Made by a program: the position numbers and the translations under genes
The notes under the pieces: generated by a model
Told to the model about the DNA's origin: nothing
Databases searched by the model: none
What the model saw: the letters and a program-made list of their open reading frames with translations, nothing else
Shown: positions 27,117 through 35,426 of the stretch, piece by piece
Numbering within the stretch: the stretch's first letter is position 1
Layout: every line of letters begins with the position of its first letter
DNA from: an uncultured bacterium
Lineage (GTDB): Bacteria; Bacillota; Clostridia; Oscillospirales; CAG-272
NCBI GenBank assembly: GCA_945920215.1
Contig: CAMEJM010000003.1
Span: 65,115 to 129,114 of the forward strand
Length of the DNA: 64,000 nucleotides
Reading direction: 5' to 3'

Positions 27117-28064
27117 ATGGAAATGCCCGTTTATCTGTTCACCGGCTTTTTGGAAGCCGGTAAAACAAAGTTTATTCAGGAGACTCTTGCCGACCCCAAA
27201 TTCAACGAGGGGGAACAAATGCTTGTTCTGCTTTGCGAAGAGGGGGAAGAAGAACTTGATCTGAGCGCCATGCCGGGAGGCGGCAAAAATATCTCCGTCA
27301 GCGTATTTGACGATGAACAGAGACTGACACCCGACAGACTTTCCGCATTGCAGAAACGCGCCCGTGCCGAGCGGGTGCTGATTGAGTACAACGGCATGTG
27401 GAATATTGATACTCTGTACAACTCCTTGCCGGACGGCTGGTTTGTGTGCGAGGAGATTTGTCTCTTTGACGCGTCAACCATACAGCAATATAACGCTAAT
27501 ATGCGGCAGCTTGTCGTTGATAAGCTGAAAAGCGCGCAAATGGTGATTTACAACCGCGTCCGCAAAGATATGGATATAGAGTTTATGCATAAGTTGGTGC
27601 GCGCTGTCAGCCGCCGATGCAATATCGGTTACGAGTACGAAGACGGCACCTTTATACCTGATGAAATTGAAGACCCGCTTCCGTTTGACCTGAACGCGCC
27701 GGTGGTGGAAATCAGCGACAAGGATTATGCCATCTGGTACAGTCATATCTCCGAGAATATGGAGCAATATGACGGTAAGACCGTTTCTTTTCTCGGCTTG
27801 GTCGAGCGCGATCCTTCCATGGGGAAGAATCTGCTGGCAATCGGGCGCCAGGTAATGGTGTGTTGCGCGGCGGATACCGCCTACCGCCCCTTGATTGCCA
27901 AATACGAGCAAGCAGGGAAACTGAACAACGGTCAGTGGGTAAGAGCAACAGGGAAAATCACGCTTGAGAATAACCGCTATTACCAAACGAAGGGTCCTGT
28001 TCTGAACGTCACCGCACTTGTTCCTGCGTCAGAACCTGCCGACCCGGTCGCTGCTTTTTATTGA
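27117..28064 (+). CDS. Degenerate COG0523-like P-loop domain fused to a DUF1980/TIGR03943-like C-terminal domain (CC-x-x-D motif)
   Basis: 315 aa. The N-terminus VYLFTGFLEAGKTKFI keeps GxxxxGKT. The CxCC motif is replaced by LLCEEGEEE, and ExSG by IEYNGMW. The C-terminal region is GKTVSFLGLVERD...GRQVMVCCAADTAYRP...WVRATGKI. It starts 16 nt after the preceding gene. Confidence 0.6.
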   Translation: MEMPVYLFTGFLEAGKTKFIQETLADPKFNEGEQMLVLLCEEGEEELDLSAMPGGGKNISVSVFDDEQRLTPDRLSALQKRARAERVLIEYNGMWNIDTLYNSLPDGWFVCEEICLFDASTIQQYNANMRQLVVDKLKSAQMVIYNRVRKDMDIEFMHKLVRAVSRRCNIGYEYEDGTFIPDEIEDPLPFDLNAPVVEISDKDYAIWYSHISENMEQYDGKTVSFLGLVERDPSMGKNLLAIGRQVMVCCAADTAYRPLIAKYEQAGKLNNGQWVRATGKITLENNRYYQTKGPVLNVTALVPASEPADPVAAFY

Positions 28065-28071
28065 TATATTT

Positions 28072-28103
28072 GAACGGCTGCCTTTCGTACAAGGCAGCCG
28101 TTC
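28072..28103 (+). terminator. Terminator hairpin after the COG0523 pair
   Basis: 13-bp perfect stem GAACGGCTGCCTT / AAGGCAGCCGTTC with a 6-nt loop. The downstream T-run is weak (catgcTTTatgTT). Confidence 0.6.
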
Positions 28104-28157
28104 CATGCTTTATGTTCAAAAAAATATGTTGCAGAAGATCGGGTGGGTAGAATATTT

Positions 28158-29315
28158 TTATTCGATCGAATACTTTTTTCCGTAATACGCTGCAAAACTT
28201 TTGATACATTGTTTTGTCGCTGATTCGTCAATTGGTAATTGGACAAATTCCGAATTAAGTTCTCTTAAGCGGGTGCAGGATAGAAACTCGATATTCTCTC
28301 CGTATGACTGTATGTAGGCTAATCTGTACAAATTCAGTTGCAGTTGTACTTTTTTGGGATACAAATGCATGGTCCTTTTGATATCGTTGATTCCCAGCAT
28401 ATGATCCATACTTATCAGCATATCGATTCTGCCGCAAAAGATTGGAATATCGTTATCGTCGCAAAATAATGCGATCTTTTCGGAGTCAAGCACCTTGAAA
28501 TGATTTTTTTCCTTAATTTTCAGGTAATTTGAAAATTCGATACTGTCGGAGTATACGCCGTTTTTTTCATAATTTTCGATTTCCTTATGTAGCACCGTAC
28601 CTTTTGCGGCGGCTCTTTTCAGTACAGCGGGATCAATGTATTTGTAATCATCTAATCCCATTTTTTGACTGGTATATTGTACGATAGCGGATACGCTGAA
28701 TACCTGCACGCCATCAACACGGTAAATATGATTTGTATCATCATACTCTATCCGGTGACCGTTAATCATTAAATGATTGTCAATCGAATAATAGTTATTC
28801 CCTCTTTCATGTGAAACAGCGCTGCTTTCATTCGGCAAAGGTACAGAGATATATTTGGGTATTGCAGCACTGTTTGCGGTGTTTGATATATTGACGCAGG
28901 TACTTGAAACATTGTGAGAAACACCGGCTGTATCTTTGGTTGCATTTGCATTGGTCACATTGCAAACCGTGCTTGCAGCATTTTGAACCGCGTTAGCGGC
29001 TTGTTTGCCCGTTTTTTCCTCCTTTCCCATGAGGTCTTTTATAAATATACATTTGTGAAATAAAGTATCTATATCGTATTCGTTTTTGATATATCCCCAA
29101 ATAGGATCGAAAGGGAAGAATATAAGAATATAAGGAAGTAGCAGATAAATGATATGAGCGAAGATTAGGGAAAAAAGTTGCATCAAAATGTCATCGAGAT
29201 TAAATGTGAAAACAGCATATAGGAGCTTTATGCAATCCCAAATGGCATCAATCACAATTGAAACAACAATAATAATCAATAACACAGGGTATAAAAGAAT
29301 ACTCCAATATCTCAT
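28158..29315 (-). CDS. Membrane-anchored PD-(D/E)XK (RecB/Cas4-like) nuclease-domain protein, hypothetical
   Basis: Track ORF 28158..29378. ATG 29315 (MRYWSILLYPVLL) follows GAGG. It has two hydrophobic helices, an N/S/T/A-rich linker, and a C-terminal domain with GTVLHKEIE, GRIDML, NDIKRT (D..D-x-K) and QLQLNLYRLAY (QxxxY). The gene sits in a 30-33 % G+C islet. Confidence 0.6.
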   Translation of the reverse strand: MRYWSILLYPVLLIIIVVSIVIDAIWDCIKLLYAVFTFNLDDILMQLFSLIFAHIIYLLLPYILIFFPFDPIWGYIKNEYDIDTLFHKCIFIKDLMGKEEKTGKQAANAVQNAASTVCNVTNANATKDTAGVSHNVSSTCVNISNTANSAAIPKYISVPLPNESSAVSHERGNNYYSIDNHLMINGHRIEYDDTNHIYRVDGVQVFSVSAIVQYTSQKMGLDDYKYIDPAVLKRAAAKGTVLHKEIENYEKNGVYSDSIEFSNYLKIKEKNHFKVLDSEKIALFCDDNDIPIFCGRIDMLISMDHMLGINDIKRTMHLYPKKVQLQLNLYRLAYIQSYGENIEFLSCTRLRELNSEFVQLPIDESATKQCIKSFAAYYGKKYSIE

Positions 29316-29403
29316 AGCAACCTCGGTTATATGAATAGGATTCGGATGATATTGACGGAAAAATGAAATGTAGAACAATCGCTCGGTTTTACAGTTTGAG
29401 AAT

Positions 29404-29430
29404 AAAAGAAAAAAGGCACAAGATGCCTTT
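29404..29430 (-). terminator. Terminator of the tRNA-Thr/tRNA-Gly unit
   Basis: Minus strand: AAAGGCA-tcttg-TGCCTTTTTTCTTTT. Confidence 0.7.
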
Positions 29431-29475
29431 AAATTCAGAAGTCGGTTTCTGAAAACCGCTTCGGGGGTTTGTAAA

Positions 29476-29549
29476 TGGAGCGGATGACGGGAATCGAACC
29501 CGCGTAGTCAGCTTGGGAAGCTGAAATTCTACCATTGAACTACATCCGC
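29476..29549 (-). tRNA. tRNA-Gly (anticodon CCC), CCA encoded
   Basis: Reverse complement GCGGATGTAGTTCAATGGTAGAAT...TTCCCAA...GGTTCGATTCCCGTCATCCGCTCCA. Discriminator U73, 74 nt. Confidence 0.9.
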
Positions 29550-29608
29550 AGAGGTTTTTATTGATTTTTATAGACCCGTCATGTATAATAGACAGGCGGG
29601 AAAGAGGG

Positions 29609-29683
29609 TGGAGCTGGTGGTGAGATTTGAACTCACGACCTGCTGATTACGAATCAGCTGCACTGCCCCTGTGCTACACCAGC
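29609..29683 (-). tRNA. tRNA-Thr (anticodon CGT), CCA encoded
   Basis: Reverse complement GCTGGTGTAGCACAGGGGCAGTGC...TTCGTAA...GAGTTCAAATCTCACCACCAGCTCCA, 75 nt. Confidence 0.9.
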
Positions 29684-29704
29684 GTTCTGCGTTACGCGAT
29701 AGTT

Positions 29705-29733
29705 ATTTTAACAAAACCGAGACTGTTTGTCAA
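29705..29733 (-). promoter_or_regulatory. Promoter of the tRNA-Thr/tRNA-Gly unit
   Basis: Minus strand: TTGACA (29733..29728), 17-nt spacer, TAAAAT (29710..29705). Confidence 0.7.
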
Positions 29734-29750
29734 GAGGAATTAAGAGATTT

Positions 29751-30647
29751 ATGAATTTGTGTAACCCTGCCGTCATCAGAGAAGTGATGGCGCGCGCCGG
29801 CATCCGTTTTCGTCATGAATACGGGCAGAATTTTCTGATCGATCCGACTGTGCCGCAGCGGATCGCCGAGATGTGCGCCGACGACCCGGAGAGTTTGATT
29901 CTGGAAATCGGTCCCGGCGTCGGCTCTTTGACGGCTGAGCTTGCACAGCGTTACCGAAAGGTGGCGGCGGTGGAGATAGACCGTGGGCTGATTCCCGTTC
30001 TTGCAGAGACGCTTGCCGAGTATGACAACGTGACCGTCACCAATTCCGACATTATGAACGTGGATCTGCCCTCTTTTCTGGCAGAGCAGAGCCGTGAGGG
30101 TGAGGCCGGGGGGGACACTAAAGTTTCCGTATGCGCCAATCTGCCGTATTATATTACTACGCCGATTCTGATGCGGCTTTTGGAATGCGGCGTGCCTTTT
30201 TCCACGATTACCGTCATGGTTCAGAAAGAGGTTGCTGCACGCCTGACGGCAAAGCCTGGGAAGTCCGATTACGGTGCGATTACGGCTGTCATCGGGTACT
30301 ATGGAACGGTACGAAAGTTGTTTGACATTCCGCGCAGCGCCTTTTTGCCGGCGCCCAAGGTGGACAGTGCGGTCATCCGCATTGATTTGTATGAAAAACC
30401 GCCTTTTCAGCTTTGCGACGTTCCGTTTTTCTTCGGTATTCTGCACGGTGCGTTTGAAATGCGCAGAAAAACGCTGACAAACGCCATCAGCGCCAAATAT
30501 CCCTCGCTACCCAAGCAGGAGATTGCCAAGGCGCTTACGGCAATGAATCTCGATGAGAATATACGCGGAGAAAGGTTGTCCGTTGCCGAGTTTGCAACGC
30601 TATCCAATTGCTTGTATCCCATATGGCACGGAACCAATGAAACATGA
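29751..30647 (+). CDS. rsmA: 16S rRNA (adenine1518/1519-N6)-dimethyltransferase
   Basis: Track ORF 29727..30647 starts at TTG. ATG 29751 gives MNLCNPAVIREVMARAGIRFRHEYGQNFL, followed by EIGPGVGSLT (SAM site) and ANLPYYITTPI. Confidence 0.92.
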   Translation: MNLCNPAVIREVMARAGIRFRHEYGQNFLIDPTVPQRIAEMCADDPESLILEIGPGVGSLTAELAQRYRKVAAVEIDRGLIPVLAETLAEYDNVTVTNSDIMNVDLPSFLAEQSREGEAGGDTKVSVCANLPYYITTPILMRLLECGVPFSTITVMVQKEVAARLTAKPGKSDYGAITAVIGYYGTVRKLFDIPRSAFLPAPKVDSAVIRIDLYEKPPFQLCDVPFFFGILHGAFEMRRKTLTNAISAKYPSLPKQEIAKALTAMNLDENIRGERLSVAEFATLSNCLYPIWHGTNET

Positions 30648-30680
30648 AAAAAGGATATCCCGAACGGATATCCTTTTTTG
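30647..30680. terminator. Bidirectional terminator between rsmA and the KH-domain gene
   Basis: AAAAAAGGATATCC-cgaac-GGATATCCTTTTTT. Confidence 0.85.
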
Positions 30681-30914
30681 TCATTCAATCTCAACAATGA
30701 TGTGTTTGCCACAGGTGTTTCCTGCTGCTTTGAGCAGGGAACGGATTGCTTTTGCAATTTTCCCGTGGTGCCCGATCACTTTACCGGTGTCATTTTCCGC
30801 AACGGTAAGAACAAGGGTAACCTCGTTTTCCTCCTCTGTTTGCGTGACGTTTACTTGATCGGGATCATCGACGATGGCGCGAGCAATATCGGTTAATATC
30901 TGCTTGTAGTCCAT
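30681..30914 (-). CDS. KH domain RNA-binding protein (YlqC/UPF0109 family)
   Basis: Track ORF 30681..30956. ATG 30914 (MDYKQILTDIARAIVD) follows AAAGGAAAGGG. GKVIGHHGKIAKAIRSLL is the KH GxxG region. It sits in the conserved position after rpsP. Confidence 0.85.
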   Translation of the reverse strand: MDYKQILTDIARAIVDDPDQVNVTQTEEENEVTLVLTVAENDTGKVIGHHGKIAKAIRSLLKAAGNTCGKHIIVEIE

Positions 30915-30948
30915 TTCTGACCCTTTCCTTTCGTAACTGAACAGGAAA

Positions 30949-31194
30949 TCAGTCAATGATGTTGGACTTCTTCAGGAGAGCCTTAACGGTATCGGTGGGT
31001 TGTGCGCCGTTCTTGATCCATTTGGTTGCTTTTTCAGCGTCGATCTGGATGGTTTCGGGCTCGGTCAGGGGATTGAAGTAACCGATTTCCTCAATGCATC
31101 TGCCGTCGCGGGGGGATCTCTCGTCAGCGACGACTACGCGGTAGAAAGGAGCCTTTTTCATACCCATTCTTCTCAATCTGATTTTAACTGCCAT
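30949..31194 (-). CDS. rpsP: 30S ribosomal protein S16
   Basis: 81 aa. [32 protein letters not shown]. Confidence 0.95.
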   Translation of the reverse strand: MAVKIRLRRMGMKKAPFYRVVVADERSPRDGRCIEEIGYFNPLTEPETIQIDAEKATKWIKNGAQPTDTVKALLKKSNIID

Positions 31195-31243
31195 TGTTGT
31201 TGTTCCTCCAAATATAATATATAATTTTTTTTGGGAATCAAAA

Positions 31244-32593
31244 TTAGAAATTGAACTTGCCGCCGAGACCCAGCCCGTTCATCATACGCGTTCCGCGCTT
31301 CCCGGAGGCGGCGAACTGGCGCATCATTTTTTTCATTTGGTCAAACTGGCGGAGAAGTTTATTGACATCCTCGACGTTCTGCCCGCATCCTGCGGCAATT
31401 CTGCGGCGGCGGGAGCCGTTGATTATCTCCGGCTTCAAGCGTTCTTTGGGAGTCATGGAAAGCACGATTGCTTCTGTGCGCGCCATTTGCTTTTCGTCAA
31501 GGTTGACATCCTTGAAAGCACCGGTGTTGGCGCCCGGCAGCATGGACATGATCTGTTCAATGTTGCCCATCTTGCGGAGCTGTCTGAGCTGGACCAGAAA
31601 ATCTTCGAGGGAGAAGGTTGCTTCGCGGATTTTCTTTTCCATTTCCGCGGCTTTTTTCTCGTCATATGCCGTTTCTGCCTTTTCAATCAGCGAAAGCATG
31701 TCGCCCATGCCGAGGATACGGGAGGCGATACGGTCGGGATAAAAAGGCTCTATCGCGTCCGATTTCTCACCTGTACCGACAAATTTAATCGGCTTCCCGG
31801 TGACGTAGCGGACTGAAAGCGCGGCGCCGCCGCGGGTGTCGCCGTCCATCTTGGTCAGGACAACTCCGGTAATATCCAAAAGATTGTTAAAGGACTCCGC
31901 CACATTCACGGCATCCTGTCCGAGCATGGCATCTACCGTCAGGAGAATTTCTGTAGGGGAGGTGGCTGCTTTGATTTTCTTCAGCTCTTCCATCAACTCT
32001 TCATCAATATGCAGACGACCTGCGGTATCGATAAAGACCATATCATGGCCGTTCTTGCGGGCATATTCCACACCGGCGGTTGCGATTTTGACGGGGTTTA
32101 CCTTATTGCCCATGGTAAACACGGGCACATCGATATTTTTGCCGACAACCTGTAATTGATCAATTGCTGCGGGACGGTAAATATCGCAGGCAACCAGCAG
32201 GGGATTTTTCCCCTTTTTCTTATACATCAGGGCAAGCTTTCCGGCGTGTGTTGTTTTGCCGGCGCCCTGCAAGCCGACCATCATCACAACAGTCGGAGGC
32301 TTGGGGGCGATTTCCAGCTTTGCCTGTTCACTTCCCATGAGCTTAATCAACTCTTCGTTGACGATCTTGACGATCTGTTGCGCCGGGACAAGACTTTCCA
32401 GTACCTGTGCGCCTACGGCGCGTTCGGTCACTGCCTTGATGAAATCACGGGTGACCTTAAAGTTGACATCTGCTTCCAGCAGCGCAAGCTTGACCTCGCG
32501 CATACCTTCTTTTACGTCTGCTTCGGTGAGCTTACCTTTATTGCGAAATCTGCGAAACGCGTTCGCAAGCTTTTCGGTCAGATTGCCGAACAT
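31244..32593 (-). CDS. ffh: Signal recognition particle protein Ffh
   Basis: 449 aa. N/G domain ([21 protein letters not shown]) and a Met-rich M domain. Confidence 0.95.
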   Translation of the reverse strand: MFGNLTEKLANAFRRFRNKGKLTEADVKEGMREVKLALLEADVNFKVTRDFIKAVTERAVGAQVLESLVPAQQIVKIVNEELIKLMGSEQAKLEIAPKPPTVVMMVGLQGAGKTTHAGKLALMYKKKGKNPLLVACDIYRPAAIDQLQVVGKNIDVPVFTMGNKVNPVKIATAGVEYARKNGHDMVFIDTAGRLHIDEELMEELKKIKAATSPTEILLTVDAMLGQDAVNVAESFNNLLDITGVVLTKMDGDTRGGAALSVRYVTGKPIKFVGTGEKSDAIEPFYPDRIASRILGMGDMLSLIEKAETAYDEKKAAEMEKKIREATFSLEDFLVQLRQLRKMGNIEQIMSMLPGANTGAFKDVNLDEKQMARTEAIVLSMTPKERLKPEIINGSRRRRIAAGCGQNVEDVNKLLRQFDQMKKMMRQFAASGKRGTRMMNGLGLGGKFNF

Positions 32594-32607
32594 AAAAGAC
32601 CTCCCGT

Positions 32608-32958
32608 TTATGAATTTCGCATCAGCTTTACACAGTCAAGGGCTGTTTCACAGAGGGCTTGCGCAGCGCCATCGGAGCCTACGGTTTTCTGCGCCAGTTC
32701 TTCCAACTTGTCGGCGGCGACAGACAGGGAGGAGTAGTGGGCGGCAAGCCCAAGCTTTTCTTCCCAAATGCGCAGCTGTTCTTCGCCGCGTTTAATCAGG
32801 TGGCGAACCCCCTGGCGAGAGATGTCTTCCCCCGCGGCGATTTCGGCAAGCGACAAGTCCTCTTCGTAATACGCGGTCATGACGCGGTTGATTTTCTCCG
32901 GAAGAACTTCTCCGTAAAAATCAAGAAGATAGGCGATATGCAGGTCTTTTTCAAACAT
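32608..32958 (-). CDS. ylxM: YlxM/p13-like putative DNA-binding protein (UPF0122)
   Basis: Track ORF 32608..32988. ATG 32958 (MFEKDLHIAYLLDFYGEVL). The HTH is LSLAEIAAGEDISRQGVRHLIKR. It sits in the conserved position upstream of ffh. Confidence 0.85.
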   Translation of the reverse strand: MFEKDLHIAYLLDFYGEVLPEKINRVMTAYYEEDLSLAEIAAGEDISRQGVRHLIKRGEEQLRIWEEKLGLAAHYSSLSVAADKLEELAQKTVGSDGAAQALCETALDCVKLMRNS

Positions 32959-33000
32959 AGCGTCACGCCCCTTATATGTGTAAAACAAATTACTTTACAT

Positions 33001-33029
33001 ATGATATCACATTCCTTTACGGTTGTCAA
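33001..33029 (-). promoter_or_regulatory. Promoter of ylxM-ffh-rpsP-KH operon
   Basis: Minus strand: TTGACA (33029..33024), 17-nt spacer, TATCAT (33006..33001). Confidence 0.65.
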
Positions 33030-33080
33030 TAGAATTATGACATTCCAAACAAAAAAATAAATTAAATTTTGTGAAAGGAC

Positions 33081-33109
33081 TTGCATTATAAAAACTTGTG
33101 TGTTAAAAT
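33081..33109 (+). promoter_or_regulatory. Promoter of rpsT
   Basis: TTGCAT (33081..33086), 17-nt spacer, TAAAAT (33104..33109). It is followed by a ~120-nt leader. Confidence 0.65.
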
Positions 33110-33232
33110 AACGGTGTTTGATAAGTTGTGGTCGTTTTGTGGACTGATCCCCGCGCACACCCTCTCAGGTGCCGAGGTGGGGTTTGCATTCCGTCACTCT
33201 CAAAAGAAAGTATTTAGGAAGGGTTAATCGAG

Positions 33233-33496
33233 ATGCCGAATATCAAGTCTGCAAAGAAGCGTGTTCTGGTTAACAAGACCAAGGCGCTCCGCAATAAGAT
33301 GATCAAATCCGAGCTCAAGACTGTTGTGAAGAAGTTCTTGTCCGCTGTCAATGACGGCGATAAGGCTGCTGCAACCGAGGCATATGCTTTGGCGGTCAAG
33401 AAGGTGGATCAGGCTGCTGCGCACGGCGTGCTTCATAAGAACGCTGCCGCTCATAAGAAGAGCCAGTTCACTCTCAAGCTCAACGCAATGGCGTAA
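33233..33496 (+). CDS. rpsT: 30S ribosomal protein S20
   Basis: 87 aa. MPNIKSAKKRVLVNKTKALRNK. Confidence 0.95.
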   Translation: MPNIKSAKKRVLVNKTKALRNKMIKSELKTVVKKFLSAVNDGDKAAATEAYALAVKKVDQAAAHGVLHKNAAAHKKSQFTLKLNAMA

Positions 33497-33506
33497 ACGA
33501 TTTGTC

Positions 33507-33537
33507 AGCGGAGGCGCAAGTCTCCGCTTTTTCTTTT
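33507..33537 (+). terminator. rpsT terminator
   Basis: AGCGGAG-gcgcaagt-CTCCGCT followed by TTTTTCTTTT. Confidence 0.8.
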
Positions 33538-33793
33538 GTGAACGCCTTTCTTCGCAACCGGCGGGATATTCTTTCCAAGAGTGCTTTTGAATTCACGCAA
33601 TATACAAGTATCACCAAGAATTACCGCAAATGTTTGCAGTTGCGCCATTGCTTTTTGTCAGTATAGATGATATAATTTTGAAATGATAAAACGGTGTGTA
33701 TCGATCGTTGCATTTTTACGGAATGGTGCTTTGCCCAATAATTCGATAGATGGTGACACCGCGAAGTAGGAATAACAGGGAGGAACTATCAAT

Positions 33794-34951
33794 ATGAACC
33801 ACGTTACCAACGATATTGTCTACGTCGGAGTCAATGACCATAAGATCGATTTGTTTGAATCGCAGTATTCTGTGCCCTGCGGCATGGCGTATAATTCCTA
33901 TGTCATTCTCGACGAGAAAATTGCCGTCATGGATACGGCAGAGTCTCATTTTGTCGAAGAATGGCTGTCAAATTTGAAAGAGGCATTGGGAGACAAAAAG
34001 CCTTCCTACCTGATTGTACAGCATATGGAACCGGACCATTCGGCAGGGATCATGCGTTTCGCGGAAGAATATCCGGAAGCAACTGTGGTCGGTAATGCCA
34101 AAACATTTGCCATGATGGGACAATTCTTTAATCGGCTTCCCGCGCACACATTAACCGTCAAAGAGGGAGAAACCCTGAATCTCGGAAAGCATATTCTAAC
34201 TTTCGTGTTTGCACCGATGGTGCATTGGCCCGAGGTCATGGTGACCTATGATGCGACGGACAAAGTGCTGTTTTCCGCAGACGGCTTCGGAAAATTCGGC
34301 GCCCTTGATACGGATGAAGCGTGGACAGATGAAGCCAGAAGATACTATATCGGAATTGTAGGGAAATACGGGGTACAGGTACAGTCTCTTCTTAAAAAAG
34401 CGTCCGCCCTGGACATTGCAGCGATTTGCCCCTTGCATGGCCCTGTGCTGAAAGACCGGCTTCCTTTCTATATCAATCTGTATCACACTTGGTCTTCTTA
34501 TCTTCCCGAAAAAAAAGGCGTGCTGATTGCGTATACCTCTGTTTACGGGCATACGAAAGCAGCGGCAGAAGAACTTGCAAATATGCTGCGCCAAAAGGGG
34601 GCGGATGTGGTACTGACCGATTTGGCACGCGGGGATATGTCAAAGGCAGTGGCGGAAGCGTTCTGTTATGACAGAATCGTACTTGCGACAACTACATATA
34701 ATGCCTCCGTATTTCCTCCGATGAATGCCTTTCTGACACATTTAGCGGAACGGAACTTCCAGAATCGGACGGTTGGCATTATCGAAAACGGCACATGGGC
34801 GCCTGCGGCGGCGAAAGTCATCAAAGAAAGACTGGCGGCGGCGAAGAATCTGAACTTCCTTGAGCCTGTTGTAACAATCAAGTCCGCTTTGACAGAGCAA
34901 AACCGCGAGCAACTTCAGGCGCTTGCGGAAGCATTGGTTGCGCAAGATTAA
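33794..34951 (+). CDS. FprA-family flavodiiron protein (metallo-beta-lactamase-like plus flavodoxin-like domains)
   Basis: 385 aa. Di-iron motif QHMEPDHSAG and a C-terminal flavodoxin-like region (VLIAYTSVYGHTK). The RBS is AGGGAGG. Confidence 0.85.
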   Translation: MNHVTNDIVYVGVNDHKIDLFESQYSVPCGMAYNSYVILDEKIAVMDTAESHFVEEWLSNLKEALGDKKPSYLIVQHMEPDHSAGIMRFAEEYPEATVVGNAKTFAMMGQFFNRLPAHTLTVKEGETLNLGKHILTFVFAPMVHWPEVMVTYDATDKVLFSADGFGKFGALDTDEAWTDEARRYYIGIVGKYGVQVQSLLKKASALDIAAICPLHGPVLKDRLPFYINLYHTWSSYLPEKKGVLIAYTSVYGHTKAAAEELANMLRQKGADVVLTDLARGDMSKAVAEAFCYDRIVLATTTYNASVFPPMNAFLTHLAERNFQNRTVGIIENGTWAPAAAKVIKERLAAAKNLNFLEPVVTIKSALTEQNREQLQALAEALVAQD

Positions 34952-34971
34952 CTGTTTTACAAGCGTTTTTT

Positions 34972-35020
34972 AAGGCACAGTATGACCGCATGAAACGGAG
35001 ATACTGTGCCTTATATTTAT
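34972..35020 (+). terminator. Terminator candidate after the flavodiiron gene
   Basis: AAGGCACAGTAT / ATACTGTGCCTT 12-bp stem with a 17-nt loop, followed by ATATTTAT. Confidence 0.55.
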
Positions 35021-35045
35021 GCGAGAATGCAATTTTCCGTAACCC

Positions 35046-35078
35046 GAAAAAATTATCCCGCTGCGAGAGCAGCGGGAT
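35046..35078 (-). terminator. Terminator of the rpsF-ssb-rpsR operon
   Basis: Minus strand: ATCCCGCTGC-tctc-GCAGCGGGAT followed by AATTTTTTC. Confidence 0.8.
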
Positions 35079-35083
35079 TCAAA

Positions 35084-35332
35084 TCAGTTGGATACAAACG
35101 GCAGGAGCGCCATCTGACGCGCACGCTTGATAGCGGTGGTCAGTTCACGCTGATGCTTTGCGCAGGTGCCGGTGACGCGGCGGGGAAGGATCTTGGCGCG
35201 CTCGGAAATGTACTTTCTGAGGCGGGGAACATCCTTGTAGTCAATTACAGCGACGTTTTCCGTGCAGAAAGCGCAAACCTTTTTTCTTCTGTGCATAGGA
35301 CGGAAGGGACGCTGAGCTTCATTTCTTTCCAT
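35084..35332 (-). CDS. rpsR: 30S ribosomal protein S18
   Basis: 82 aa. RRKKVCAFC...IDYKD...[18 protein letters not shown]. Confidence 0.95.
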   Translation of the reverse strand: MERNEAQRPFRPMHRRKKVCAFCTENVAVIDYKDVPRLRKYISERAKILPRRVTGTCAKHQRELTTAIKRARQMALLPFVSN

Positions 35333-35426
35333 GGTAGAATTCCTTTCTGACTCACTGTTTCAAGTCACTGCCCATGGCGTGAGCCTACCGGGGACAGCGC
35401 ACATACGTGCGGGTTCATCTGCTCTG

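Noticed and set aside
28104-29475. Integrase, att repeats or other mobility genes associated with the AT-rich islet.
   Set aside because: No such ORF is present, and I could not find a duplicated tRNA 3' segment at the distal boundary. It is therefore not called a mobile element, only a compositional islet.
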